Positions 26,666 through 36,993 of a DNA stretch of 37,321 nt are shown piece after piece. The notes under the pieces were generated by a model. That model saw only the letters and a program-made list of their open reading frames with translations. It was not told where the DNA came from and searched no databases. Numbering within the stretch: position 1 is the stretch's first letter; each line of letters begins with the position of its first letter. This DNA comes from Candidatus Hydrogenedentota bacterium (GTDB lineage Bacteria; Hydrogenedentota; Hydrogenedentia; Hydrogenedentales; SLHB01), in the NCBI GenBank assembly GCA_034408725.1, contig JAWXCN010000174.1, positions 1-37,321 of the forward strand, given 5' to 3'. Both the position numbers and the translations under genes were made by a program.

Positions 26666-29600
26666 ATGTTCTTTCTATTTCGCGCCATTGTGTGTTTTAG
26701 CGTTGGCGCGTTTGCTTTCGCGCACGATGCGAACCGTCTCGCCTATTTGGACGAATCCGATCCGTTCTACGTGCATCGTGATTTTCCAAAACTCATCACA
26801 CCCCAGTGGATTGGCGAGCCAGGTGTTGAAGCCGCGATTATACTTTCCATAGACGACATGCGCGATCCAGCGAAGTACGAGGAGTATCTGCGGCCCATCA
26901 TCAACAAGCTGGAGGAACATTACGGCACGGCAGCCATGAGCATCATGGCGTGTAGCGTGACGCCTGACGATCCGCGGTTTCAGGTGTGGCTGAAAGAAGG
27001 CCTGAGCATCGAAACACACACCGTTGCGCATCCTTGTCCGCTGTTGGGCCAAGGCAACTTCGACGCCGCGAAGGCGACATACGAATCCTGCGTAGAATTG
27101 ATAAATGCGATTCCCGGAAACAAGCCCGTGGCGTTTCGCATGCCCTGTTGCGATTCGATCAATTCGCTGAGTCCCCGGTTCTTCGCGGAGATATTTAATA
27201 AACCCGAACCGGGCGCGCCGTTTCTCGCGATTGATTCGAGCGTGTTCAACATCACCACCGCGAACGATGCGTCGTTGCCGCGTGAATGGGTGTTACGCGA
27301 GGATGGGCGCGAACGGTTCCGCACCTATCTCCCCTTCCCTTCTTTCAAGACAACCATTGAAGATTACCCGTATCCCTACATCATCGGCGGCACGTGTTGG
27401 GAGTTTCCGTGCGCTGTTCCCAGCGACTGGGAAGCGCAAAACATAAATAAGCCGAACAGCCCGCATTCACTCGCGGACATGAAGATTGCGTTGGATGCGG
27501 CGGTTGCGAAGAGGGGCGTGTATACACTGGTGTTTCATCCGCACGGTTGGATTCGGAATGATCAGGTGGTGGAGCTTATCGAGCACGCCAGGAATACTTA
27601 TGGGTCGCGCGTTCGCTTTCTGAGTTTCCGGGATGCATACGATTGCCTGAACAAGAACCTTTTGGGCAACCTGCCGCTCCGCTCCGAGGACGGAACCAAC
27701 TCCGGTACACGGCTGGCAGACATCAACAATGACGGCTACATCGATGTTGTCACGGGTTCCGCTGGCGCGAGAATTTGGCGACCGGATGTTAACAAATGGC
27801 ATGACGTCGATTCTCCATTGAAGCAGGCCAACGCTCTTCGTTTTGGCATCGACGCCGGCAATGTAATGGCCATCATGCGTGACCGTGCATCCGAAGGCGC
27901 GTGGACCTTTCGGAATAACACGTGGGAAGAAACGCCCAAGCTGTTATCCGGGCTGAAAGGCATCGCAACAGCGTTGCATGGCCGCGATAACGGCGTTCGC
28001 TTCCGCGATATCGACGGAGACGGCAACACTGAACTGATGGTCTTGAATGATGAGCAACGCCGAGTATTTACCCGCGCGCCGGGTGAAGCGCGATGGAAGC
28101 AGGCCCGCTTTGCTCCACCCGTGGACGCCATCCTGGTCGATGCTGAAGGCAATGATAATGGGCTGCGATTTATTGATCTTGATGGCGACCACGATCTGGA
28201 CCTGCTGGTATCGAATGAGCAGCATTACGCCGTGCATCTGTTCGACTCGATGAAGACGGGTTGGAGCAAAACGGCATTGCAGGGCATTCGCGATAGCACG
28301 GATTCCGAAGTGGCGATTCCCGCCATCACGATTAATGGCCAAAACAATGGCGCGTGGATTCATTCGCGTCACCTGTGGGTGCAGAATGAACATACGGACA
28401 AACTGCCTGACCTCGTGGACCGTCGATCATTCTCCCAATTGCTCGCGGATGCGAAACCGGAACCGAAATCGCCTGAAGCCGGCCTGGCATCGATTCAGGT
28501 GCATGCGGGGTTGAAAGTTGAACTGGTCGCGTCCGAACCGCAGGTGCAAGACCCGGTGGCGATCGCGTGGGGCGCGGATGGAAAACTGTGGGTCACGGAA
28601 ATGCGCGATTATCCACTCGGCATGGACGGCGAAGGAAAGCCGGGCAGCCGCGTAAAGTATCTCGAAGATGTCGATGGCGACGGGTACTACGAAAAATCAA
28701 CGCTGTTCCTCGACGACCTCGCGTTTGCCACGGGCGTGTTCCCGTGGCGAGACGGCGTTATCATCACAGCCGCGCCGCTCATCTTTTTTGCGCGGGACAC
28801 CGATGGCGATGGCAAGGCCGACGAACAGACAAAGATGTTCTCCGGATTTGGTGAAGTGAATCAGCAACATCGCGTGAACGGATTGCGCTGGGGACTCGAC
28901 AACTGGTTGCACGGCGCAAACGGTGACGGCAACGGCGCAATCGTGAGCGAGAAAACGGGTGAAACAGTCAACATATCGGGACGCGACCTTCGCATTCGAC
29001 CCGATACCGGCGTGATCGATCCCGAAAGCGGGCAGACGCAGTTCGGCATTGCTTTCGATGACTGGGGCAGCCGATTCGGGTGCGCGAACTGGCTGCCGGT
29101 CTGGCACTTCGCGCTCGAAGATGCTCCGATGCGCCGCAACCCGCACTTCTCCCCCGGCAACCCGCGCGAATACATTGTCGAACAGGCCCAGCTTTATCCA
29201 ACGAGCCGCACGCTCGGGCGCTTCAACGATTTCGAGCATGTGAACCGATCCACGTCCACCTGCGGGTTGGATGTCTATCGCGATACCTTGCTTGGCGCGC
29301 CGTATGCAGGAAATATTTTCGTCTGCGAACCCGTTCACAACCTCGTGCTGCGTTCCGTACTCGAACCGAATGGTTACACCTTCAGCGCGCACCGCGCGCC
29401 GGGTGAAGAAGAGTCCGAGTTTCTATCTTCAACCGACAACTGGTTTCGACCGGTCATGGTGCGCGCCGGCCCCGATGGCGCATTGTACGTCGTGGACATG
29501 TACCGCGAAGTCATTGAGCACCCCGAATATATCTCGAAGGAAACTCAGGCAACGCTGGATTTACGAGCGGGCGATGATATGGGACGCATCTACCGCGTTG

Positions 29601-31291
29601 TGCCGGTACATCATGAAGCACGCGCGGCGCCGCGGCTTGATTCCATGACCACCGGCGAACTCGTGGAAACGTTGCACAGTCCAAATGGCTCGCTGCGCGA
29701 TATGGCGCACCAACTTATTTTTGAACGCGTGGACAACGCCGCGATCGCGCCAATGCAGGCACTATTGCGCACGGGTAACGCCGCGCAAGCCCGGGTACAC
29801 GCGTTGTGCGCGCTTGACGGCCTGAACGCGTTGACCAACGACGACATTCGCGTTGGACTTGCCGATGCGGCGCCGGGCGTGCGACGCCATGCGGTGCGGC
29901 TTGCCGCAGAGCGACTGGTAGAATCTCCGGAACTAGAAGCAGAGGCAATCGCGCTGCACGGTGACGATGACAATTTCGTTCGCATGCAGGTGATTTACGC
30001 ACTCGCGCGATGCACGACCGCCGACGCGGTTCCTGCTTTCCAAGCATTGATATCCGCGGACGTAACCGATTCGTATGCGGGACTGGCCCTGCTTAGTGCG
30101 ATCAACGCGTCCAATGTGCGTCCGCTCGTTCCCGCGTTAATGGAATGGTCAACGAATTCCGAAGCCGCTCCCGCGGCGCGCGATCAATTGTTCGGCGCCA
30201 TTGTGGGAACTGCGATTGCCGCGAATGACAACGCAACGCTGCTGGCACTCGCAAACGCAATACTATCCGCGAACACCGGAAAATCGGCCGAGTTTGATTT
30301 GCTAGCGCGATATGTTACCGCACTCGAAAGCAAGGGCGTCGCGCTGGATGCATTGGGTAAAAGCCCGGAAGCGGATTCCGCGCGCGCACAGATCGCCGCA
30401 AAATTTGCAGATGCCCGCGCAATCGCAGCGAACGCGAAACAGGACGAAGCGTTGCGCGCATCCGCCATTGCACTGTTCGGCCACGACCCCGCGCAACGTG
30501 ACGCGGATGTGGAAGCCCTCACGCTACTGATAGCGTCGCAGGACGCCGTTGCTGTTGCCGCACTCGACGCACTTATCGCGACCGGCGACGCGCGTGTGCC
30601 GGACGCCGTTTTCGCCGGGTGGCCAAAAATGCAGCAGGAATCGCGCGCGCTGGCCATGAATGCGTTGCTCAAGCGTGATGAGTGGGTTGACAAGGTGATT
30701 GCCGCGCTCAGTTCCGGTTCCCCCAGCGTGCGCGAACTGGACGCGGAACAACGCCAGCGTCTGCTTAACAGCGGACGTGAGGAAGTGCGCGCCGCCGCCG
30801 AAAGCCTTATGAAATCCGTAGTGAACGCCGACCGGCAGGCCGTGCTCGAACAATACGCCGCTGCCGAAATGACTCCCGGACAGTTTCTGCGCGGACGCCA
30901 CATTTTCCGGGAACGCTGCGCGTCGTGCCATCACATTGGCGACGTTGGCCACGACGTTGGCCCCGACCTTGGGGCTATCACGGATCGCTCACCGCAGTCG
31001 TTGCTGGTGTCGATTCTCGATCCGAACCGGGCGGTGGAAACGAAATATTTCGACTACCGCGTCGAGACCAACGACCTGCAAACGTTAAACGGCATCGTCA
31101 CCAAGGAATCGGGAAACAGCATCACGCTGCGTAGCGCCAACGGCATCGAAACCGTCCTGCTCCGGAGCGACATTGAAACCATCGAATCGACCAACCGCTC
31201 CCCCATGCCGGACGGCCTTGAGGACGGGTTATCAGTCGAGGACATGGCGAACCTGGTTGCTTTCATTCTTGATATAAAACCGGCGGAATAG
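26666..31291 (+). CDS. Multidomain protein: polysaccharide deacetylase-like + FG-GAP/VCBS repeats + PVC-type dehydrogenase-like propeller + HEAT-like repeats + cytochrome c
   Basis: ILSIDD/ETHTVAHP/FRMP/LVFHPH (NodB-like); DINNDG, DIDGDG, DLDGD repeats; ELVASEP.VQDPV, NGLRWGLDNW, WFRPV...GPDGALYVVDMYR; CASCH...VGPDL...S.MPDGL. Confidence 0.9.
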   Translation: MFFLFRAIVCFSVGAFAFAHDANRLAYLDESDPFYVHRDFPKLITPQWIGEPGVEAAIILSIDDMRDPAKYEEYLRPIINKLEEHYGTAAMSIMACSVTPDDPRFQVWLKEGLSIETHTVAHPCPLLGQGNFDAAKATYESCVELINAIPGNKPVAFRMPCCDSINSLSPRFFAEIFNKPEPGAPFLAIDSSVFNITTANDASLPREWVLREDGRERFRTYLPFPSFKTTIEDYPYPYIIGGTCWEFPCAVPSDWEAQNINKPNSPHSLADMKIALDAAVAKRGVYTLVFHPHGWIRNDQVVELIEHARNTYGSRVRFLSFRDAYDCLNKNLLGNLPLRSEDGTNSGTRLADINNDGYIDVVTGSAGARIWRPDVNKWHDVDSPLKQANALRFGIDAGNVMAIMRDRASEGAWTFRNNTWEETPKLLSGLKGIATALHGRDNGVRFRDIDGDGNTELMVLNDEQRRVFTRAPGEARWKQARFAPPVDAILVDAEGNDNGLRFIDLDGDHDLDLLVSNEQHYAVHLFDSMKTGWSKTALQGIRDSTDSEVAIPAITINGQNNGAWIHSRHLWVQNEHTDKLPDLVDRRSFSQLLADAKPEPKSPEAGLASIQVHAGLKVELVASEPQVQDPVAIAWGADGKLWVTEMRDYPLGMDGEGKPGSRVKYLEDVDGDGYYEKSTLFLDDLAFATGVFPWRDGVIITAAPLIFFARDTDGDGKADEQTKMFSGFGEVNQQHRVNGLRWGLDNWLHGANGDGNGAIVSEKTGETVNISGRDLRIRPDTGVIDPESGQTQFGIAFDDWGSRFGCANWLPVWHFALEDAPMRRNPHFSPGNPREYIVEQAQLYPTSRTLGRFNDFEHVNRSTSTCGLDVYRDTLLGAPYAGNIFVCEPVHNLVLRSVLEPNGYTFSAHRAPGEEESEFLSSTDNWFRPVMVRAGPDGALYVVDMYREVIEHPEYISKETQATLDLRAGDDMGRIYRVVPVHHEARAAPRLDSMTTGELVETLHSPNGSLRDMAHQLIFERVDNAAIAPMQALLRTGNAAQARVHALCALDGLNALTNDDIRVGLADAAPGVRRHAVRLAAERLVESPELEAEAIALHGDDDNFVRMQVIYALARCTTADAVPAFQALISADVTDSYAGLALLSAINASNVRPLVPALMEWSTNSEAAPAARDQLFGAIVGTAIAANDNATLLALANAILSANTGKSAEFDLLARYVTALESKGVALDALGKSPEADSARAQIAAKFADARAIAANAKQDEALRASAIALFGHDPAQRDADVEALTLLIASQDAVAVAALDALIATGDARVPDAVFAGWPKMQQESRALAMNALLKRDEWVDKVIAALSSGSPSVRELDAEQRQRLLNSGREEVRAAAESLMKSVVNADRQAVLEQYAAAEMTPGQFLRGRHIFRERCASCHHIGDVGHDVGPDLGAITDRSPQSLLVSILDPNRAVETKYFDYRVETNDLQTLNGIVTKESGNSITLRSANGIETVLLRSDIETIESTNRSPMPDGLEDGLSVEDMANLVAFILDIKPAE

Positions 31292-31383
31292 AAGGCGGCG
31301 CTTTCTCTCGGGCAGTGAACCCGTTCAGAGCTAGTGCAGCCAATCTTCGTACCCGCGATGGTAATAGGTTTTTGATAGTCTCA

Positions 31384-31410
31384 GGCCCGCGAGGACGCGG
31401 GCCCTCCCGC
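31384..31410. repeat. REP-like hairpin, family B (single copy) between convergent genes
   Basis: GGCCCGCG-AGGA-CGCGGGCC-CTCCCGC: a perfect 8-bp stem with the same GGGAGG foot and a similar loop as 15024-15048 on the opposite strand. Confidence 0.65.
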
Positions 31411-31427
31411 GCTGATCCACGCACTGC

Positions 31428-33689
31428 TCAGATTGCAGCGCGTTTTTCCGGCACCCATCGTTCGAGGAGGTCCTGGCAATTGAGCACCTTTTCCGCGAGG
31501 TCGACTGGCACGAAGAAATAATGGTTCGACGCTTCGTATCCGATCGTTGAATCGCGCATTTGAATTGCGAACAAATTCTTCGCCAACGCGATTTCTCCTT
31601 TGAGCAACGATTCGATTTCGTCGAGCGATGCGCCCGCATTCGCACCGGCTTTATCGAGGTCATTGCGCAATTGAACAAAGCGCGCCTGGTTCGCGCAACT
31701 GCGGAATTGAATACCGCAGACGGCCATCATGTCCGCCTCCTGCTGAATGGCGGACCGGTTCGCATCGCTTGTATTACCTAGAATATCCGAAACTTGTTTC
31801 GCGCCATCTTCAAACCCCGCCGCAACTATCCGCATCTGATCGATATAGACATCGGCAGGGTATACGGACCGCCACGCATCAAGACCATCGTATGGAAAAC
31901 AGACCATTGTCGCGGCGTAACCCGTGGGTTCGCCCCACAAGGGATTCGACGGACCCGTGTGCTGGGGGCCTGTATAAACATTTGTACCATGAAACGGATA
32001 CTCGCTGAAGCCTTCGCTGCATCGTTTCCATGCCGCGACCACGGCGTCGGCATTGCCTTCCCCGTATCGCCGCGCGGCGACATTCCGCATGGCGATTTCC
32101 GGCGTGAGATTTGCATCACCCACAAGGCTTCCCGCAACTTCCAGATTCGGCGAAGGGTAGCCGCCGAGCGTCCAGCCGAACATCACACCGTTGACTTTTT
32201 GCTCGCGTATGTTTGCGACATGTTTCGCCACATTTTCGACCGCGGGGATATACGGCACGGCGGCGCATTCCCACGAGTTGTTCGCCTGAATTTTCGCGAT
32301 TGTGCGCAAGGGCATCGGGCGGGCCTTGGCCGCGGCCCAATGTTTCGTGGCGCGCGGGCCCGGTCCGATTACAGACAACGAGTATTCGCCGACCACGCTG
32401 TCGACGCCACCACGTTTTATCGGGATGCTCCATTCGCTCACGCTCATGTGCGCTACGTCTGGCGGCAATCGGCGAATGGCCGCTTCGGCCCACGCGTCGC
32501 CCCATCCCCAGTCCCACGCGATTAGTTTTTGCGTTCCCGCGGCCATCTCGATGCCGCCCTGGATTAGGGCGTTGACTTCCGCGATCGCATCTTCAGGCTT
32601 CCGCGCAGAACAGCGTGGGCATCCAGCACCGTTGCCGTGCGACCAGCAGTTGGTCAGATTCTCAGAGGCGGAAATTGTGAAGAACCCTGCAAGTGACGGC
32701 ACGGCTTCGCAAATCTTCGCGACAGAACTCGCAATATACTGTTGCACGCCTGGATTGGTGGTACACATCGCCGCGAAATCGGCCTCGGCAACGCCTTTCA
32801 GTTCAGCGTGATTCTCATAGAATCCCAGCGGCATCGCGCGCGGCTCATTGAGATAGAGATAAACGCCCATGCCATGCGATTTCACGCGCTCGACCAGCGC
32901 ATTCAAATTCTTCAGCCTTTGCTCGTAACCCTCGCTCAGCGCCGGGTCCCACGGAAACGGAGAGAGCTTGTACAGCACGCCCTGCATCCACACCGCGTTT
33001 ACGCCGGAAGCAGAGAGACGCGCGAGATAGCCATCGGGAAAAGGATCGGGAGCGCCATCGGCAAACGTGTCGCCATAGAGCGCGAAATAGGAGTAGCAGT
33101 ACCGCGGCGAGGTCTTGCTCAGTTCAAAGTCGCGTGTCTCCGCGTTCATCGGTTGAGACAATTCATCGACGAATCCAAACAATGGCTCTTCCAGTTCCCC
33201 AATGCCGTTGGGAAAGTGTTGCTGAACGACGGACATAATCGCCTGTTCGCGCGCCGCAGTTTCCGCGGCCGGTTCAGTCCATTTAAGCGGTTCGCACTTT
33301 GGCTTGAGCATGCCAAGCTTCACCCACAGAAAATCGTCTTCACGCAGGGTGTACGCCAGTTCATCCTCGTCCCAATTCAATAACGCAAGCAACTGCTCAT
33401 ACGGCAAGAGGTGCCAATTGCGACGAATGACACTGATATATGAACGCTGCCGTTGGTCCGGGGTAATCACCGGCGGATCGGAAAGTCCCATGGACTTGCC
33501 CACGTGCAGCACATTCTCCGGCGTCGTATCGAGCACGCGGGCCATGTCCCCGGCAGGCACGAGTTGCCAGTTGCGCCACACGAATGCGTGAACGCGATCC
33601 GGAAAATGCGGCGCCGACACCGGCTCCGGGGTTGGGCCGGTTGGCAGGTCCGCGGCCATCATTATGAATCCGATATAGGCAAGCAGCAT
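31428..33689 (-). CDS. Large conserved-looking hypothetical protein, possibly a TIM-barrel glycoside hydrolase-like enzyme
   Basis: 753-aa ORF from ATG 33689 (GGAG RBS) with GVNAVWMQG, GVYLYLNEP, CWSH...CPRC and IAWDWGW. The fold is a guess. Confidence 0.7.
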   Translation of the reverse strand: MLLAYIGFIMMAADLPTGPTPEPVSAPHFPDRVHAFVWRNWQLVPAGDMARVLDTTPENVLHVGKSMGLSDPPVITPDQRQRSYISVIRRNWHLLPYEQLLALLNWDEDELAYTLREDDFLWVKLGMLKPKCEPLKWTEPAAETAAREQAIMSVVQQHFPNGIGELEEPLFGFVDELSQPMNAETRDFELSKTSPRYCYSYFALYGDTFADGAPDPFPDGYLARLSASGVNAVWMQGVLYKLSPFPWDPALSEGYEQRLKNLNALVERVKSHGMGVYLYLNEPRAMPLGFYENHAELKGVAEADFAAMCTTNPGVQQYIASSVAKICEAVPSLAGFFTISASENLTNCWSHGNGAGCPRCSARKPEDAIAEVNALIQGGIEMAAGTQKLIAWDWGWGDAWAEAAIRRLPPDVAHMSVSEWSIPIKRGGVDSVVGEYSLSVIGPGPRATKHWAAAKARPMPLRTIAKIQANNSWECAAVPYIPAVENVAKHVANIREQKVNGVMFGWTLGGYPSPNLEVAGSLVGDANLTPEIAMRNVAARRYGEGNADAVVAAWKRCSEGFSEYPFHGTNVYTGPQHTGPSNPLWGEPTGYAATMVCFPYDGLDAWRSVYPADVYIDQMRIVAAGFEDGAKQVSDILGNTSDANRSAIQQEADMMAVCGIQFRSCANQARFVQLRNDLDKAGANAGASLDEIESLLKGEIALAKNLFAIQMRDSTIGYEASNHYFFVPVDLAEKVLNCQDLLERWVPEKRAAI

Positions 33690-33787
33690 GGCGGTCTCCG
33701 TTTGTGAATACGCCATAGTGCGTGTCGCGCGGAGCGAAATCAACCGGCGTTGATTCGCTCACCGGATACGCCTACACTCTCGCGCTT

Positions 33788-35014
33788 ATGTTGCCACCTC
33801 GCATCCGAATTTGTCTTGCGGCTTTCACCCTCGATTTCGCCGTCATGGCCGGAATTACGGTGACGCCATTCTTTGTGCTCAAACAGCTCGGTGGCACGGA
33901 ACAAACCAGCGGCGTTTTTGGCGCGGTCCAGGCCGCTGCATATGCCAGCCTCGCCTTGCTGTCCGCGGGGTTTGTGTCACGCGCGAAAAACGGTCTAACC
34001 ATCGCCGCGGGCGGCATATTGTTTTACGCCCTGTTCTACGCGTCGATGCCCCTGTTCCGGGATTGGCGCGTCATCCTCGCGGTGTCCACCGTGGCCTATG
34101 CGGCACTCGCGCTCGTGTGGCCGGCGCTGCACTCATGGGTGGGCGCGGAACCCGATCCACAACAGCGCGCGCGCACGATGAGCTGGTTCAACATCGCGTG
34201 GAGTTTTGGCTTTTCGCTGAGCCCGCTGCTTGCCGGGCCGCTTTACGACTTGAATTTTCATTATCCGTTTATCGCGCTCGCGGTAATCGCCGGCATTGCG
34301 TTCGCCCTCGTGCGTTCGCTGCCCCATGAATCTGCCCATTTTACCGAACCCACGGAAGAGCTCCTCATGGCGCGAGCGGAACACGATAAGGCGAGCGAGT
34401 CATTTCTATGGGCGGGGTGGTGTGCCACGTTTATTGCCAACCTGCTCGCGGGCGGCATCCGGTTTATCTATCCGAAACGCATCGACGATCTGATTCAATC
34501 CGGCGAATTGCGCATAGTTGGAGACATCGCTCCCGCGGAGTATCTAATTTCGGCCCCTGCCACGAACTACTCGTTCCTGGCGTTTTCATTCTCGATTTCA
34601 ACGGCGCTCATGTTCCTCATGCTGGGCCGCACGACGTGGTGGCAGCATCGGTTCTCGTTTCTCGTAGGAATGCAAGCCGCCTCGGCGGTCGCAATCTACA
34701 TACTCGGCCGCACCCACAGTTTGGTGATCATGGGGGCGTGTTCTTCGGTGATTGGCGCGTTTCTGGGTCTCGCGTTTTTCAGCGCGACGTATTACAGTCT
34801 TTCTAATCCCGCGCGCAAACATGGCCGGGCCGCCATCAATGAGGCAGCGGTTGGATTCGGCGGTTTTTTTGGAAGTCTGGCCTGCGGATATGTTGCGCAA
34901 CACTACGGTATCGTTACCCCGTACCTGTACGCGCCCATGCTGATCGCCATCGCAATCGCGCTACAGATCGTGCTGCTACGTCTCGCGTCCCGCCGCGGCG
35001 CCGCTACGCGATGA
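33788..35014 (+). CDS. MFS transporter
   Basis: About 12 TM segments in two halves, with RARTMSWFNIAWSFGF...PLLAG. The 3' end overlaps the convergent gene by 11 nt. Confidence 0.85.
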   Translation: MLPPRIRICLAAFTLDFAVMAGITVTPFFVLKQLGGTEQTSGVFGAVQAAAYASLALLSAGFVSRAKNGLTIAAGGILFYALFYASMPLFRDWRVILAVSTVAYAALALVWPALHSWVGAEPDPQQRARTMSWFNIAWSFGFSLSPLLAGPLYDLNFHYPFIALAVIAGIAFALVRSLPHESAHFTEPTEELLMARAEHDKASESFLWAGWCATFIANLLAGGIRFIYPKRIDDLIQSGELRIVGDIAPAEYLISAPATNYSFLAFSFSISTALMFLMLGRTTWWQHRFSFLVGMQAASAVAIYILGRTHSLVIMGACSSVIGAFLGLAFFSATYYSLSNPARKHGRAAINEAAVGFGGFFGSLACGYVAQHYGIVTPYLYAPMLIAIAIALQIVLLRLASRRGAATR

Positions 35015-36437
35015 TGTCGTGCACCACGTTTCCGAACACGTCGGTGAGACGATAGTCGCGGCCGGAATAACGGTAGGTCAGTTCTTCGTGGTTGACGCCC
35101 ATGAGATGCAGGATCGTGGCGTGCAAATCATGGACGTGTACGCGGTTCTCGACCGAGTGCCATCCGAATTCATCGGTCTGGCCATAGCTCATCCCGCCGC
35201 GAATCCCGCCGCCAGCCAGCCACATCGTGAACCCGAACGGATGATGCTCGCGGCCATTGTCGCCCTCGGCGGTAGGTGTACGGCCAAATTCGCCACCCCA
35301 TAACACCAGTGTGTCGTTCAGCAATCCGCGCGCTTTCAAATCTTTCAACAACCCCGCTATCGGCTTGTCCGTCGCCGCGCAGTTATTGGGCAACTCTTCG
35401 CGCAGCGCGCCGTGCTGGTCCCATAACTGGCAACTGGTGCGCTTGGACGTTGCGGTGTGGTACGCCTGCACGCAACGCACGCCGCGCTCGACCAGTCGCC
35501 GCGCCAGCAGGCACTGCTTGCCGAATATTTCCGTAACCGGATCGTCCAAACCATACAGCGCGCGTGTGGCGGCCGATTCGCCTTTCACGTCGAATGCTTC
35601 CGGCGCTTCGGTCTGCATGCGATACGCCAACTCGAAGGACGCAATCCGCGCGCTCAACCGCGAATCTTCTTCGCGCGTCGATGCATGCAACTCATTTAAC
35701 GATCTCAGTGCATCTAGTTGCGTGCGCTGCTGCGAGCTATTAAACGCTGCATTCGACAAATTGGCGATGGGATCATCGAGATTGGAAACCAGCGTACCCT
35801 GGTACGCCGCAGGCAGAAAACTCGACCCCCACAGCGGCGCACCCTGCGCAGGCTGCGCGGGACTCAACACTACGAAACCCGGTAGGTCCTGATTCTCGCT
35901 CCCGAGTCCATAGGTCAGCCACGACCCAATGCTGGGGCGGGAAAACGCCTGCTCGCCCGTGTTCATCTGAAGGCATGCGCCGTTGTGATTGATGTTGTCG
36001 GCGACCATCGACTTAATCACGCAAAGATCGTCCGCGCACGTGGCGAGATTGGGAAGCAACTCAGAAATATCAATGCCGCCCTGCCCGTATTTCTTAAACG
36101 ACCACGGCGAGCCAAGCAGGTTGCCGGTCTTGGTGCGCTCAAGTTTCGGCTTCTCGAATGGCAGAGGTTGCCCGTTGTCGCGACGCAGCCGCGGTTTGGG
36201 ATCAAACAGATCGACATGCGACGGACCGCCGGACATGAACAGGAAAATGATGTTCTTCGCGCGCGGCGCGAACTGCGGCGCGCGGACCGCCAACGGGTTG
36301 GAGCTCGACGCGAGCGCCTGCGCCGCAGCATCGCGTCCTAACAGACTCGCCAGCCCAAGCATGCCGAACCCGTTCGCACAGTGCCGGAGCATCTGGCGTC
36401 GGCTGAACGCATGTTGGTGTGGCAAAGTATTAATCAA
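35004..36437 (-). CDS. DUF1501 domain protein (second paralog, Tat signal)
   Basis: SRRQML, IFLFMSGGPSHVDLFDPKP, YGLGSENQDLP, GGEFGRTP and RLTDVFG. Exact start (TTG) is uncertain. Confidence 0.93.
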   Translation of the reverse strand: MINTLPHQHAFSRRQMLRHCANGFGMLGLASLLGRDAAAQALASSSNPLAVRAPQFAPRAKNIIFLFMSGGPSHVDLFDPKPRLRRDNGQPLPFEKPKLERTKTGNLLGSPWSFKKYGQGGIDISELLPNLATCADDLCVIKSMVADNINHNGACLQMNTGEQAFSRPSIGSWLTYGLGSENQDLPGFVVLSPAQPAQGAPLWGSSFLPAAYQGTLVSNLDDPIANLSNAAFNSSQQRTQLDALRSLNELHASTREEDSRLSARIASFELAYRMQTEAPEAFDVKGESAATRALYGLDDPVTEIFGKQCLLARRLVERGVRCVQAYHTATSKRTSCQLWDQHGALREELPNNCAATDKPIAGLLKDLKARGLLNDTLVLWGGEFGRTPTAEGDNGREHHPFGFTMWLAGGGIRGGMSYGQTDEFGWHSVENRVHVHDLHATILHLMGVNHEELTYRYSGRDYRLTDVFGNVVHDIIA

Positions 36438-36747
36438 GTTTCGGAGACCGAATCTGTTTCAGGCGTTTTTTCCAATACCCAGACCTTCACCTGTGGTGTG
36501 TGATTGCGACAATAAGTACCCGATCGTTTCGCAGTAGATAGAGTACATCATATGGAAAACGGTTCACTACTACTCGTCGAATATCATTGTGTATCTCAGT
36601 CCAAGCCAAGGGTGAATTCCAAATTTTCTCGAATGCTTCGTTCACGGCGATCAAGTAGCGGCCACCAAGGCCCAGTATCCTCGATTCGTACCATTCGGCG
36701 GAATTAACAAGTTCTGATTCGGCGTCAGAAATTATTTCGAGCCACAT
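36430..36747 (-). pseudogene. RelE/ParE family toxin interrupted by an in-frame TGA at 36489-36487
   Basis: AESEL..SAEWYE, LGGRY and RFPY.VLY are followed by IVAITHHR-stop-RSGYWKKRLKQIRSPKLD-stop. The family's typical RR.GYW tail lies after the stop. Confidence 0.8.
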
Positions 36748-36750
36748 AAT

Positions 36751-36993
36751 TTAAGTGTTAAATCGTGCGCGCGATTCTTCCATTACCTCGTGGCCAGCAC
36801 GGCATTTGACCTTGCCAGAATCAATTTCATCAATCCTCCGGCGGATTTCTTCTCTCCAGGACTGTTCCACGTCTTCTTCTGATTCTACTTCCAGACTGTC
36901 ATGAAGCCTCTGCAGAACGAACAAACGATCGTCCAGGGAAAGAAGCAATACTTTAGAAATTAGTTTACGGTAAAGCAATTGCTGGGCGTTCAT
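36751..36993 (-). CDS. Putative addiction-module antitoxin component
   Basis: LSLDDRL......DSL...VEQSWREEIRRRIDEIDSGKV. Ends 3 nt before the toxin ATG. Confidence 0.85.
   Translation of the reverse strand: MNAQQLLYRKLISKVLLLSLDDRLFVLQRLHDSLEVESEEDVEQSWREEIRRRIDEIDSGKVKCRAGHEVMEESRARFNT

Noticed and set aside
36487..36489. Selenocysteine or recoded TGA in the toxin
   Set aside because: The position corresponds to Arg in the family motif, no SECIS-like hairpin is evident, and TGA is used as a normal stop elsewhere in the window.
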